Positions 11,544 to 21,175 of a stretch of 64,000 bases of DNA are shown one piece after another (the first letter of the stretch is position 1; the number at the start of each line of letters is the position of its first letter). The notes beneath the pieces were generated by a model. The model made no database searches, was not told the origin of the DNA, and saw only the letters and a program-made list of their open reading frames with translations. The position numbers and the translations under genes are program-made. The stretch is from the NCBI GenBank assembly GCA_963711565.1, contig CAVQEQ010000004.1:896001-960000 (forward strand), in the 5' to 3' direction. This DNA comes from an uncultured delta proteobacterium. Its GTDB lineage: Bacteria > Desulfobacterota > Binatia > Binatales > Binataceae.

Positions 11544-12026
11544 CTAGTAATGCACCGCTCCGGGCTGCGTCTGGGTCCCACTCCCAATCGGCGGCTGGTT
11601 GATTCCCAAGCCGAGCCCGCTATGTCCCTTGGCCGGCATTGTGTGCTCGGCTTCCTGCCATGAGACGAGTTTACCCCCAACAAACTTCAAATCTAAAAAC
11701 GTCCCTTTGTCGCCGTCTTTGGTCGAGGTGTACATTACCGCCGCCGCAAGGTCGTTGCTGTTGGGCTTATAGGCGTAACTCCAGACCTCGGTTTCGCCCG
11801 GCAGGTAGGTCCGGATATCGGGCTCGCCCCAGGAATGATGCACCTCGGGCGAGGTTTGGCCGACCTGCAATGAATCGGACATCCGCGTCGCCTTGATTCG
11901 GGTTCCGGCCTGATAGGCGAGGCCGCATCCGGCCAAGATGAGCGCTGCCGACATGATTGCGATGCGGGTGAAGAGCGGGAAGCGGATTTTTTTCGAGATC
12001 GGGAGACTTATCAACATACCATCCAT
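11544..12026 (-). CDS. Putative lipoprotein, SmpA/BamE-like domain
   Basis: Lipobox LAGC; LQVGQTSPEVHHSWGEP...EVWSY pattern; start uncertain (12026/12017); the ORF-track 5' extension to 12464 runs through a repeat and is spurious. Confidence 0.65.
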   Translation of the reverse strand: MDGMLISLPISKKIRFPLFTRIAIMSAALILAGCGLAYQAGTRIKATRMSDSLQVGQTSPEVHHSWGEPDIRTYLPGETEVWSYAYKPNSNDLAAAVMYTSTKDGDKGTFLDLKFVGGKLVSWQEAEHTMPAKGHSGLGLGINQPPIGSGTQTQPGAVHY

Positions 12027-12104
12027 CGGCGCGATTCTGTGGGCGCCACCCTTGTTTGTCAACGTTATGCTATAGAGCAACGGATATGAACGAGGGAGAC
12101 CCCG

Positions 12105-12338
12105 ATGGCGCGTAAGCTGACTCTGGTGAAGGGAAGGTCGCAGCGCGGCTCGCTGGTTTACGGAATGCGGATTTTCGAACCTGGCAGCCTCGCCGGCGTC
12201 GAGGATGCGCGCGTCAGCCTGGCCGACGGCACCAGCGGGCGCGTCACGATGCATCTGATCGAAGGCACGCGAGTACAAATCCGCCGCCAACTGATGCAGA
12301 GCATCGACGCGTTTTTCGAATTGCTCGACGAACAGTAA
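12105..12338 (+). CDS. Small hypothetical protein (77 aa)
   Basis: GAGGGAG RBS, ATG, protein-like composition; followed by an intergenic palindrome. Confidence 0.7.
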   Translation: MARKLTLVKGRSQRGSLVYGMRIFEPGSLAGVEDARVSLADGTSGRVTMHLIEGTRVQIRRQLMQSIDAFFELLDEQ

Positions 12339-12348
12339 TATAAAAACA

Positions 12349-12393
12349 ATCCGGTCCCCCTTCCCGCGCGGGAAGGGGTTAGGGGTTAGGTTC
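12349..12393. repeat. REP-like element family A (CCCCTTCCC-hairpin-GGGAAGGGG-TTAGGGGTTAGG)
   Basis: Near-identical to the reverse complement of 48519-48561 and similar to 21074-21119. Confidence 0.85.
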
Positions 12394-12429
12394 CTGAAAT
12401 AGCATCGACCACAAAAGCGGAGAAGCAGC

Positions 12430-13215
12430 ATGGACCTGAAATTCATCAAGTACGAGAAGCGCAACCATATCGCCTACATCACGTTTAACCGGCCCGAGCG
12501 GATGAACGCGCTGCATCCGCCTTGTCACGTCGAGATGGACAACGTGTGGGACGATTTCGTCGCGGACAAGTCGGCGTGGGTCGCGATCGTGACGGGCGCC
12601 GGCGACAAGGGCTTCTCCGCCGGCAACGATTTGCGCTGGACCGCGGAGAATCGCGGGCAGGTGCTCGAAGGCCTACGCGCCAAAGGCGGCTTCGCCGGAA
12701 TCACCGCGCGCTACGACATCTACAAACCGATCATCGCGGCGGTGAACGGATTCGCGCTCGGCGGCGGATTCGAGATCGCGCTGTCGTGCGACATCATCAT
12801 CGCGGCCGATCACGCTCGCTTCGGCTTGCCGGAACCGCGCGTCGGTCTGATGGCGGCGGCCGGCGGAGTGCATCGCTTGCCGCGCCACGTCCCGCTGAAA
12901 ATCGCGATGGGCATGATGCTGACGGGCAAGCACATCACGGCGGCGGATGCGCTGCGTTTCGGAATCGCGAACGAGGTCGTGCCGCTGAAGGACCTAATCC
13001 CGACGGCGGAGAAATGGGCGGCCGAGATCATGGAATGCTCGCCGCTGTCGGTTCAGGCGTCGAAGCAAGCAGCGATGGACGGGCTCGGGATACCGGTGCA
13101 GCAGGCGATCGCGAAGCATTACGATTTGCAGGCGAAGCTGTTCAAATCGAAAGACGCGATCGAAGGCCCGCTGGCATTCTCACAGAAACGAAAACCGAAC
13201 TGGACAGGAGAGTAG
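12430..13215 (+). CDS. Enoyl-CoA hydratase-related protein (CaiD-like)
   Basis: FNRPERMNAL, FSAGNDL, KPIIAAVNGFALGGGFEIAL, FGLPEPRVG. Confidence 0.93.
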   Translation: MDLKFIKYEKRNHIAYITFNRPERMNALHPPCHVEMDNVWDDFVADKSAWVAIVTGAGDKGFSAGNDLRWTAENRGQVLEGLRAKGGFAGITARYDIYKPIIAAVNGFALGGGFEIALSCDIIIAADHARFGLPEPRVGLMAAAGGVHRLPRHVPLKIAMGMMLTGKHITAADALRFGIANEVVPLKDLIPTAEKWAAEIMECSPLSVQASKQAAMDGLGIPVQQAIAKHYDLQAKLFKSKDAIEGPLAFSQKRKPNWTGE

Positions 13216-13242
13216 GGCGGCGCGCGACATCTGTGCCCGTTT

Positions 13243-13370
13243 TGACATACTGACGAAGCGACGAACGCGAGCGCATTCTGTCATTCCGACGACGGGAGCG
13301 AACCGACGGGAGGACATGGCTTCTGGCCTCCGGACAGCTTCGCGCAAGCGAAGCCGGTACCGGTTTTGAG
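13243..13370. repeat. Intergenic repeat family C (GTCATTC/CTGACGAAGCG units)
   Basis: Shares blocks GAAGCGAxxAACGCGAGCG, GTCATTCCGACGACGGGAGCG and CGGACAGCTTCGCGCAAGCGAAGCCGGTxCCGGTTTTGA with 28395-28545 (reverse) and 21176-21360. Confidence 0.75.
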
Positions 13371-13388
13371 TTCTGAGTCACAATCGCG

Positions 13389-13604
13389 ATGAATGAACTC
13401 TGGCTAATGCACCAGACGATCGCGGCCCTGCTAGTCGGCGCAACGACGGCGGCTTTCCCGCCAGTAGGCACGGGAGCATTCTGGACAATAGTCGCATTCT
13501 ACGGCGTCATCTCGATCCTGTTCGACGACGAAACCCCGCGCGGCGTCCCCGGCATGGAATATTTCTACGCGACGCGGCCGCATCTGAAAGATCCGCAGAG
13601 TTAG
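13389..13604 (+). CDS. Small membrane protein (71 aa)
   Basis: ATG ORF with two hydrophobic segments; ends 16 nt before the next CDS. Confidence 0.5.
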   Translation: MNELWLMHQTIAALLVGATTAAFPPVGTGAFWTIVAFYGVISILFDDETPRGVPGMEYFYATRPHLKDPQS

Positions 13605-13620
13605 CATCTCGCCGCTGAAC

Positions 13621-14505
13621 GTGCGTCGCTCACTGATACTCGCACTCGTGATCTTCATGCTTGCATCCTCCGCACGCGCTGCGGATAACGCTGCATCCAG
13701 TTCTGCGCCGTCCTCTTTTGGCTACGGCGTCCTCGCCACGATCGAAGATTATTTCGCCAACTGGTTCGTCCGCTCCGACGCTGCCAAGGCCAGCCAACCC
13801 GACTGGCCCTCTCCTTTGATCACAGTAACGCCATTGCTCGTAGAGCAGGTGCGCTACGACCAGTACTGGGACACGCAATCGCCAAACGGGGTCGCGACGG
13901 ATAATTTCAGCGGCGGCAAGGGCCTGGAGTTGATACCCGAGGGTCACACCGAGCTGTCCATCGGAATGCCGCCGTTCTTGAAGCGCACCTACCCGCGAAA
14001 TACCAACGGCTTCGGCGACCTTCCTTATCTCGTGAAACTGCGCCTGCTATCCGCGAACGAAGCGAACGGCGACTATCTCGTTACCGCCTTCATGGGATTC
14101 ACCGTGCCGACCGGATCGAACGTCAACGGCGCCGGTCATGCGACGTTCACGCCGACGCTCGCCGCCGGCAAGGGCTTTGGCGATTTCGACGTGCAGAGCA
14201 CGGTCGGCGTGACGTTTCCTAGCGGCGGGCTGGATCGCCTCGGGATGCCGCTGGCGTGGAACACGGCCTTTCAGTATCGCGTCGGCAAATATTTCTGGCC
14301 GGAGTTGGAGACCAATTACACGTGGTTCTCATACGGACAGAACACCGGCCACAATCAACTGTTCCTGACGCCGGGCATAGTAATCGGACGGATTCCCATC
14401 AACGATCGCTTCGGCGTGACGCTCGGCACGGGCGACGAGATAGCGGTGACGCGATACCGTTCGATGAACCGCCGCTGGATAGCGTCGGCGCGCATCCCGT
14501 TCTAG
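13621..14505 (+). CDS. Secreted outer-membrane beta-barrel-like protein (MetA/phenol-degradation 'transporter' type)
   Basis: Signal peptide (ARA-AD), GFGDL motif, amphipathic beta-strands (VPTGS, PTLAAGKGFGDFDVQ), C-terminal Phe (ARIPF). Confidence 0.7.
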   Translation: MRRSLILALVIFMLASSARAADNAASSSAPSSFGYGVLATIEDYFANWFVRSDAAKASQPDWPSPLITVTPLLVEQVRYDQYWDTQSPNGVATDNFSGGKGLELIPEGHTELSIGMPPFLKRTYPRNTNGFGDLPYLVKLRLLSANEANGDYLVTAFMGFTVPTGSNVNGAGHATFTPTLAAGKGFGDFDVQSTVGVTFPSGGLDRLGMPLAWNTAFQYRVGKYFWPELETNYTWFSYGQNTGHNQLFLTPGIVIGRIPINDRFGVTLGTGDEIAVTRYRSMNRRWIASARIPF

Positions 14506-14518
14506 GCGACCCAATCTC

Positions 14519-17167
14519 TTATTGGATGCCGACCGGTCCCGACGTCGCGATCTTCAGTTTCCAGTTGGCGATTTCCGGATAGTTGCTCGTGTTCAATTGA
14601 TTCGTGAACGTGATCAGTCGCGCGGTGTCCGGGCCGTGCGCATCCTCGGCGCGTTGGCGCAGGTAGTAGGGCGGGATGCTTTGATAGTAGAGCGTCGCAT
14701 TCACTGCGGCGGCGTTCGATGCGATCGGTATCTGGTAGCGCACGACGCTGCAGCCGCATCCGTTCTTGTAGCTCGGGTCGTCGCCCGTGCCCACCGGTGC
14801 GGTGATATCGGCGTTGGGGCCGTTGAACGATCTTCCTTGCGGCTGAATGCGATTGTCTTTGACCTTGTGATCGAGACTTAGAAAGCTGGTCGTCAGCAGT
14901 CCTCGGGGATCGGTCGTCAGTTCCTCGTAGATCTCGACCTGGCTGTCGCTGGTGATCGGATTGTCGGTCCAGAAATGAGGCTGATAGGTCTGCTGCGATC
15001 TGCTGAAAAACTCGGTCGGCAGCGGATTACCCGCGTTATCTACGATGACGCCGTCGGAATTCGTGTTGCCCGAGGCCCACAGGACGTTACCGTCGGCGTC
15101 GAGCATCTGGAAATTCAGGAAGGCGCGCCGAAAACTCACTCCCGACGGAAAGTTGTGTCCCGCCAGGTTATCCACCTGCACGTCGGCTTGTAGCACGCCG
15201 CTCGTTTCGGTCGCTGACAAAATTGTAACCGTGGCCGTGCTGGTCTGAGCCTGCGTCACTGCCTCCGCCACCGCCGTCTTCTGTCCGAAGATCTGCTTCG
15301 CCAGAGGATTCGGCAGATTGGGATCGAACTGAAATAGCCCGAGGTCGGCGCGAAACTGATCGAACATCTCGAGCGCGAACAGGTTGATCCCGAGCAGTTG
15401 ATGGCGCCGATACGGCGACCGCGCTTCCAGGATCAAATCATCGTCGGGCAGGCGCGTTGACGGCCCCTGATCGGGCACGGCGGGGAAAGTGTTGTCCTCG
15501 ATATTCGCGATTTTGAATTGCAGCGGATTGTCCTGGTAGCTGTCGGGCATGTGGCATTGCTGGCACGGAATAGTAATGAAGCCGCTATTGAGCCACTCGA
15601 AAAAGGTGGTTTGCTCGTACTCGGATTTCGGCGCGCCATCTTTGATTACCCGATTCCCGTTGGCGTCGAAAACCGGCAGCAGAATCGTATGGCATGACGC
15701 GCACAGGTTGGCCTGCTGGATCTGGAGACCCTGGCTCGGCGTAATCCCCTCACTGTTCTGCATCGGCAGCGGGATAACACTGTCACCGCTCTTCGCACCG
15801 GTCGGGTCGGGATCCGACGGGAACGGCCCGTACAGCTCGCTCGCCGGGCCGACCTTGAAAAGTCCCGTTTCGGTCGATGGGTCGCCGAGCTGGTCGTCCG
15901 ACATGTGATGGCAGACCGCGCATGAGACCCCATCACGCGCGAGCGCGCCGTACTTCGATTTCGGATCCTGCAGCACCGCCCGCGTGAGCAATGTGTTCGG
16001 CCCGTTGCCTTTGTCGATATGAAATTGCCGCTGACCCATCACGCCGTGGCATCGAAGACAGAAGTCCTGGACGAACGCCGCGCCGTCGGCGACTCCCGCC
16101 AGATGCCCGTGTAGCGTGGATTCCGTGTCGAGCTGCGCAAAAAAGATCGGGTCGCGCCCCGCCAGTCCCATCATCGAGTATCGCCATTCGCCGTACTGCG
16201 ACAGGTTCGCCGGCGCTGGACTTTGCGCGCCATAAATCATGTTGGGGACGAGGCCGGCGAGCGTGCCCGTCGCGTCGTGACACTCCGCGCATTGGTCGGC
16301 GGTGACAAACTCCTGCGGACCGCCGGCGGACTTGGCGGCCGGGACCACGTGATCGAAGGCCTGCGAGACCATGCACGGCGCCGAGCCCTTCGCCAATGGC
16401 TTGAGCTTGGCGAAGACGGAACTCGGCAAGCGGTCAACGAACTTAGGGACCTGTTCTGCCGCCGACGCGCCCGGCAACTGCCGCGACGAAACATTGTGCA
16501 TATCCTCGATCATCGCCGTCGTATCCGGGAACGCGCCCGCGCCGGCCTCGCTCGGCGGATCGATATACGCTGTGCTCGAATAGGTTCCCTGATTGGCGAT
16601 CGCCGACGCGTGGCAATTCAGACAATACAAACCCGCGCCGTTGAACTGGATCTGCGGTTCAGCGCATCCACCCCCCGGCAACGGCGTCGGCGTCGCGTTC
16701 GGATTGCGCGGGCTCGGATTCACCAGGTCGGCCCAATACCAGCCGTCCCACGACAGCTTCGAGTCTTTGACCATCACGGTCCATTCGGACAGCGGAGCCG
16801 TCTGGCTCTGATACTGCTCCTTCACGACGATCGCGCCGTTGGGGATCGGCCCCGTGCGGTTTTTGACGGTGATCCAGTCGAACAGCGGCGGCGAGTACCA
16901 GACCCTGACGAACGGATGCACGCCGTCGCTGGTGCGCACCTGGGCGTCATGCTGCCAGTTCTGTTTCTGGTAGCAGAGGTTGTTCATGAAGGGAGTCAGG
17001 TGAACCAGGAAATTCGGGTCCGCCGCCGGCGGCAGTGGCGCGCATGGATCATTGTTAGATGCGGAAGACGCGGAGCCGCCTCCTCCTCCGTTGCCGCACG
17101 CAACAAGGATCGATAGCGCCAGACAAACGACGCCTAACGGTATTCGCCTCAGGAGCTCGGTTCGCAT
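14519..17167 (-). CDS. Lipoprotein with N-terminal cytochrome P460 domain fused to a multiheme c domain (6 CxxCH)
   Basis: Lipobox LVAC; GAIVVKEQY...WTVMVKD...DGWYWAD...CLNCH (P460 pattern); further CAECH, CLRCH, CAVCH, CASCH, CQQCH; AGHNFPSG motif. Confidence 0.85.
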   Translation of the reverse strand: MRTELLRRIPLGVVCLALSILVACGNGGGGGSASSASNNDPCAPLPPAADPNFLVHLTPFMNNLCYQKQNWQHDAQVRTSDGVHPFVRVWYSPPLFDWITVKNRTGPIPNGAIVVKEQYQSQTAPLSEWTVMVKDSKLSWDGWYWADLVNPSPRNPNATPTPLPGGGCAEPQIQFNGAGLYCLNCHASAIANQGTYSSTAYIDPPSEAGAGAFPDTTAMIEDMHNVSSRQLPGASAAEQVPKFVDRLPSSVFAKLKPLAKGSAPCMVSQAFDHVVPAAKSAGGPQEFVTADQCAECHDATGTLAGLVPNMIYGAQSPAPANLSQYGEWRYSMMGLAGRDPIFFAQLDTESTLHGHLAGVADGAAFVQDFCLRCHGVMGQRQFHIDKGNGPNTLLTRAVLQDPKSKYGALARDGVSCAVCHHMSDDQLGDPSTETGLFKVGPASELYGPFPSDPDPTGAKSGDSVIPLPMQNSEGITPSQGLQIQQANLCASCHTILLPVFDANGNRVIKDGAPKSEYEQTTFFEWLNSGFITIPCQQCHMPDSYQDNPLQFKIANIEDNTFPAVPDQGPSTRLPDDDLILEARSPYRRHQLLGINLFALEMFDQFRADLGLFQFDPNLPNPLAKQIFGQKTAVAEAVTQAQTSTATVTILSATETSGVLQADVQVDNLAGHNFPSGVSFRRAFLNFQMLDADGNVLWASGNTNSDGVIVDNAGNPLPTEFFSRSQQTYQPHFWTDNPITSDSQVEIYEELTTDPRGLLTTSFLSLDHKVKDNRIQPQGRSFNGPNADITAPVGTGDDPSYKNGCGCSVVRYQIPIASNAAAVNATLYYQSIPPYYLRQRAEDAHGPDTARLITFTNQLNTSNYPEIANWKLKIATSGPVGIQ

Positions 17168-17355
17168 GGTGCCAGTTGCTGGCAGGATGCTTGCTCAGAG
17201 GCGCGGCGTCAATCGACTCCTGCCAAACCGCCGCTCGCCAAAGAATATGTCGCGCAGGGAACTAAAAGTTTGACCAATTGTGGACGCATTCGCTTGACAT
17301 GCGGCATGCACAAGATTTGGTCCGGTTGTGCTACGATTAGCGCATAGGTGATGGC

Positions 17356-17607
17356 ATGGCGATGAATTCTGTGATCCCTTCTCCGATTTTCGAGACGCTC
17401 AGAGATTCAGAAGATACGCTGCGGACCACGCTCGCCGAGCTGGCCGAGGACAAGCGCAAGCAAAGGCCGAATATCTCCGAGCGCAAGCTGGCCGAGTATC
17501 TGGCCGATCAGATGGGCTATCGCGGCGCGAAGAACGTCGAAGCGCTGGTAGCCTCGCGCGAGCGAATCGCGAAATCACGCATGGCCGTTGGCTTAAGCAG
17601 CAAGTAG
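17356..17607 (+). CDS. Small hypothetical protein (83 aa)
   Basis: AGGTG RBS, ATG, helical charged composition; convergent with the DLH gene. Confidence 0.6.
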   Translation: MAMNSVIPSPIFETLRDSEDTLRTTLAELAEDKRKQRPNISERKLAEYLADQMGYRGAKNVEALVASRERIAKSRMAVGLSSK

Positions 17608-17615
17608 CTCCCCCC

Positions 17616-18335
17616 TCAATGCCCGAGGTGGCGGCCGAAGAATGCTTCGATCCGCTTCCAACTGTCTTCGGCGGCCTCGGGATTGTACGCCGCCTTCATC
17701 GGTCCGATTTTTCCGATCCACGGCAGGAACCCGTCGTTGCGGCTCATGAAGCTGTGACCTGCGTCCTCGTAAACCTTCACGTCGTGATCGATTCCCATCT
17801 CGGTCAGCAGCGTTTCGAGCCTGCGGCCCTGCGCCGCGAACATCCTGTCCTGCCCGCCGTAACCGCCGAGCACCGGGCAGACGCCGCGCAACTGGTCGGT
17901 GGATTTTGGCACGTCGCCGTAAAACGTCGCCGCGACGCCGAGCGGAGCACGCGCCGCGTACATCAGCGCGAATCCGCCGCCCATGCAAAATCCGATCACC
18001 CCGATACGCGCCGCATCGACGCCCGGCTGCTGCTGCAGGAACTTGCGCGCCGCATCGAGGTCCTTGAAGGCGTCGCCCTCGCCGCGATTCAACGTCATCA
18101 GCGTGCGCGCGATACAGACGAGCCGCATGCCGTCGCGGTCGTAGAGGTCGGGCGCGAGCGCGGCATAACCAAGATCGGCCACCTTGCCGGTGATTCGCCG
18201 GATATCATCGTTGAGCCCGAAAATCTCGTGGATAACGATCACGCCGGGGCGCTTCTGCGAATCGGACGGCGCGGCATGCGCCGCCCGCATCGGCCGCCCG
18301 CCCTCAGTGGGAAAGGTAATATCAGTAGTAGTCAT
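17616..18335 (-). CDS. Dienelactone hydrolase family protein
   Basis: VIHEIFGLND, APDLY, nucleophile GFCMGG, AGHSF. Confidence 0.93.
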   Translation of the reverse strand: MTTTDITFPTEGGRPMRAAHAAPSDSQKRPGVIVIHEIFGLNDDIRRITGKVADLGYAALAPDLYDRDGMRLVCIARTLMTLNRGEGDAFKDLDAARKFLQQQPGVDAARIGVIGFCMGGGFALMYAARAPLGVAATFYGDVPKSTDQLRGVCPVLGGYGGQDRMFAAQGRRLETLLTEMGIDHDVKVYEDAGHSFMSRNDGFLPWIGKIGPMKAAYNPEAAEDSWKRIEAFFGRHLGH

Positions 18336-18360
18336 CGCCAAAACCTCATTACACGGTTAC

Positions 18361-18416
18361 TGGGTGCAGGGGTCACCCCTGCCCAAGGAAGCGTGAAACC
18401 CACGGAGGGTTTCACA
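18361..18416. repeat. Tandem intergenic hairpins (GCAGGGGTCACCCCTGC; GTGAAACCC-GGGTTTCAC), REP/terminator-like
   Basis: Two short palindromes between the idh-like gene and the DLH gene. Confidence 0.45.
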
Positions 18417-18441
18417 TCGAATAAAGTGATTTCCCCTTCCC

Positions 18442-19485
18442 TCACCCCCGCGAGATAGCACTGACGATCGCCGCCGTCACCTCGCCCGTCAACGCCTTCC
18501 CGCCCACGTCGCGCGTCAGCACTTTCCCCGCGCGCAGCACCGACGCCGTCGCCGCGCGAATCTTCTCGCCGGCGGCACCATGCCCCAGGTAGTCGAGCAT
18601 CATCGCACTCGACAGGATCATCGCAATCGGATTCGCGACGCCCTTGCCCGCGATATCGGGCGCCGTTCCGTGCACCGCTTCGAAAATCGCGCCCTTGTCG
18701 CCGTAGTTCGCGCCCGGCACGAGGCCCAATCCGCCGACCAGTCCCGCGCACAAGTCGGACACGATATCCCCGTAGAGATTTTCGAGCAGTAACACGTCGA
18801 ACGATTCCGGATGGGTCACCAGCCGCATGCAGGCCGCATCGACGATTTGCTCCTGGTACCGAATCGCGGGGTAGCCCTTCGACACGGCGCGCGCGCATTT
18901 CAGAAACAGGCCGTCCGACAGCTTCATTATGTTGGCTTTGTGAATCGCAGTGATCGATTTGCGCCGATGCGTCCGCGCGTACTCGAACGCGAACTTCGCG
19001 ATTCGCCGCGACGCGCGCGCCGTGATCACCTTGATACTCTCGACCACGCCCGGCGCGATCTCGTGCTCGATTCCCGAATACAAATCCTCGGTATTCTCGC
19101 GCACCACGATCAGATCGACGTTGTCGAACGGCGTCTGCACGCCGGCAAAGTTCATCGTCGGGCGCACGTTGGCGTACAGGTCGAAGGCGCGCCGCAGATG
19201 CACGTTGATCGAACGCCAGCCCTCCGCCACTCGCGTCTCGAGCGGTCCTTTCAGCGCCACGCCGGTGCGTTTAAGCGACCTCATAAGAGCATCGGGCACC
19301 GGAGTCCCGAAGCGCCGAAACGCATTCATCCCCGCCGCCTGCCGATCCCACTCGAGCTTGACCCCGGTCGCCTCGAGCACCGCGAGCGCCGCGCTGACCA
19401 CCTCCGGCCCAACGCCGTCTCCCGGAATCAACGTGACCGCGCGCTTGCCCGAAATTTTCGTACGTGTCGTTTTCCTAGAACCCAT
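18442..19485 (-). CDS. Isocitrate/isopropylmalate dehydrogenase family, likely NAD-dependent isocitrate dehydrogenase
   Basis: [73 protein letters not shown]. Confidence 0.9.
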   Translation of the reverse strand: MGSRKTTRTKISGKRAVTLIPGDGVGPEVVSAALAVLEATGVKLEWDRQAAGMNAFRRFGTPVPDALMRSLKRTGVALKGPLETRVAEGWRSINVHLRRAFDLYANVRPTMNFAGVQTPFDNVDLIVVRENTEDLYSGIEHEIAPGVVESIKVITARASRRIAKFAFEYARTHRRKSITAIHKANIMKLSDGLFLKCARAVSKGYPAIRYQEQIVDAACMRLVTHPESFDVLLLENLYGDIVSDLCAGLVGGLGLVPGANYGDKGAIFEAVHGTAPDIAGKGVANPIAMILSSAMMLDYLGHGAAGEKIRAATASVLRAGKVLTRDVGGKALTGEVTAAIVSAISRG

Positions 19486-19539
19486 CGATTGTTCTTTTCT
19501 TTTCAAAATCTCAACTGTGCCCGCCGCTCCTCCGTCCTA

Positions 19540-19703
19540 CCTCTCCTTGTCCGAGGAGAGGTCGCCGCGAGCCGAAGGAGCGCGGCGGGAGAGGTGCAAC
19601 GCAAGGCAACATATCCACTCACGACCACACTCTCGAAGCCAGACACTGGTTCCGCCGTCCTGCGCTGCACCTCTCCCTAACCCTCTCCTCGGACAAGGAG
19701 AGG
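19540..19703. repeat. REPIN/MITE-like element family B with perfect 22-bp terminal inverted repeats
   Basis: CCTCTCCTTGTCCGAGGAGAGG at 19540-19561 and its reverse complement at 19682-19703; internal GAGAGGTGCA/TGCACCTCTC; same ends at 62276-62522. Confidence 0.85.
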
Positions 19704-19730
19704 GCACTGGACTAGGAGATTCAGCAGCAC

Positions 19731-21056
19731 TCAGTAATTCACCAGCCCGATAAAAACGTCGCTGACGTTGGTCCCGGTCGGCCCCGTGACGAACAGTCCA
19801 CCCGACGCTCGAAAAAAATTGTACGCGTCGTTGCGAGTCAACGCTGTCGCCGCGCCGACCCCCGCGCGATCGCCGTCCGCGACCGTGTCCGGCGACGCGA
19901 ATGCGCCCGCGGCGTCGGTCGGCCCGTCGATTCCGTCGGTGCCCGCGAACAGTGCCGCGATTCGCCGCCCGCGCCCGATTCGCGCCAGCTCGATTCCCAT
20001 CGCGAGTGCGCATTGCTGCGCGCGCCCGCCCTTGCCGCCGCCGCGCACCGTCACCACCGGCTCGCCGCCCGCGACGACGCACACCCGCTCATCCGCGATC
20101 CCGCGCAGATACTCCGCGAGCGCGCGCCCGGCGTCATTGGCCTCGCCGTGCAGGCCTTTCCATCGATGCGGACGATACCCGAGCGCAGCCGCGCCCCGCT
20201 CTGCGCCTTCGAGCGCGAGGTCGCTGTCGCCGACGATAACGTTGGTCACGCGCTCGAGGATTGGATCGTTCATCTTCACCGTCGGGCCGATCTCGCCCGC
20301 CACCGCCCGCTCGAGGTACGCGCGCGCCGCCTCCGGCGCGCGCCCCCACACGCTGCGCCGCTTCATCACCGCGACCGCGTCGCCGAAACTACTCCAGTCG
20401 CCCGCGGTCAGCCCCGATCCGATCGTCGCCAGGTCGTTGCCGGGCACGTCGGAAATAATCAGCCCGAGCACGCGCGCGCCCCCGCAATGGCGCAACAGTC
20501 GCCCACCTTTGACAGCCGAGAGATGCCGCCGCACGATATTCACTTCGCGAATCGACGCGCCGGCTTTGAGCAGCGCCTGGTTGACCGCAATCTTATCGGC
20601 CAGCGTGAGCCCTTCCGCCGGCCGCGCGAACATCGCGGACGCGCCACCGCTGATCGCGACGATCACCAGGTCGTCCGCCGTCGCCCGATGCAGCATCGCG
20701 CACGCCACCTCGACGGCCGCCTCCGACGATTCGTCGGGCACCGGATGACCCGACTGTACGATTCTTTTCAGTATTAAGGCCCGCTCCGATGTCGCGGCGG
20801 AGTGTTTTGGAACCACCACGATGGCATCGACGATCCGGTCACCGATTCTGCGTTCGATTTCGCTCGCCATCGCGCGCGACGCTTTGCCCACCGCGAGCAG
20901 CAGGATTCGCGACGCGCCCGCTATCAAATCTGGAACCCGGTCCGCACCCGGACAATCGCCGTCCATCGCGCGCCCAACAAGCCGCCCCGGCTCGACCGCC
21001 GCAACCGCCGCCCGATAGATCTTCTCGAGGTCGGCCCTCTCGGCGTTCTGTGTCAT
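19731..21056 (-). CDS. Glycerate kinase type II (DUF4147/MOFRL, GckA/TtuD family)
   Basis: AVGKAS, GHPVPD, ISGGASA, VKGGRL, SDVPGND, GGKGGR, TDGIDGPTDAAGA, TGPTGTNVSD. Confidence 0.93.
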   Translation of the reverse strand: MTQNAERADLEKIYRAAVAAVEPGRLVGRAMDGDCPGADRVPDLIAGASRILLLAVGKASRAMASEIERRIGDRIVDAIVVVPKHSAATSERALILKRIVQSGHPVPDESSEAAVEVACAMLHRATADDLVIVAISGGASAMFARPAEGLTLADKIAVNQALLKAGASIREVNIVRRHLSAVKGGRLLRHCGGARVLGLIISDVPGNDLATIGSGLTAGDWSSFGDAVAVMKRRSVWGRAPEAARAYLERAVAGEIGPTVKMNDPILERVTNVIVGDSDLALEGAERGAAALGYRPHRWKGLHGEANDAGRALAEYLRGIADERVCVVAGGEPVVTVRGGGKGGRAQQCALAMGIELARIGRGRRIAALFAGTDGIDGPTDAAGAFASPDTVADGDRAGVGAATALTRNDAYNFFRASGGLFVTGPTGTNVSDVFIGLVNY

Positions 21057-21073
21057 CGTGCGGTCATTCTCAA

Positions 21074-21119
21074 ATCCGGTCCCCCTTCCACCAGGGGAAG
21101 GGGGTTAGGGGTTAGGTTC
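21074..21119. repeat. REP-like element family A, copy 2
   Basis: ATCCGGTCCCCCTTCC-ACCAGG-GGAAGGGGGTTAGGGGTTAGGTTC. Confidence 0.85.
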
Positions 21120-21175
21120 CGCGCGCGCTTCGCGCGCACTCGGTCATACTGCCAAAGCGGCGCGAGCGCATTTGC

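Noticed and set aside
12371-12390. Telomere-like TTAGGG(G) repeats as eukaryotic contamination or a chromosome end
   Set aside because: Only two units, embedded in a dispersed intergenic palindrome between bacterial genes.
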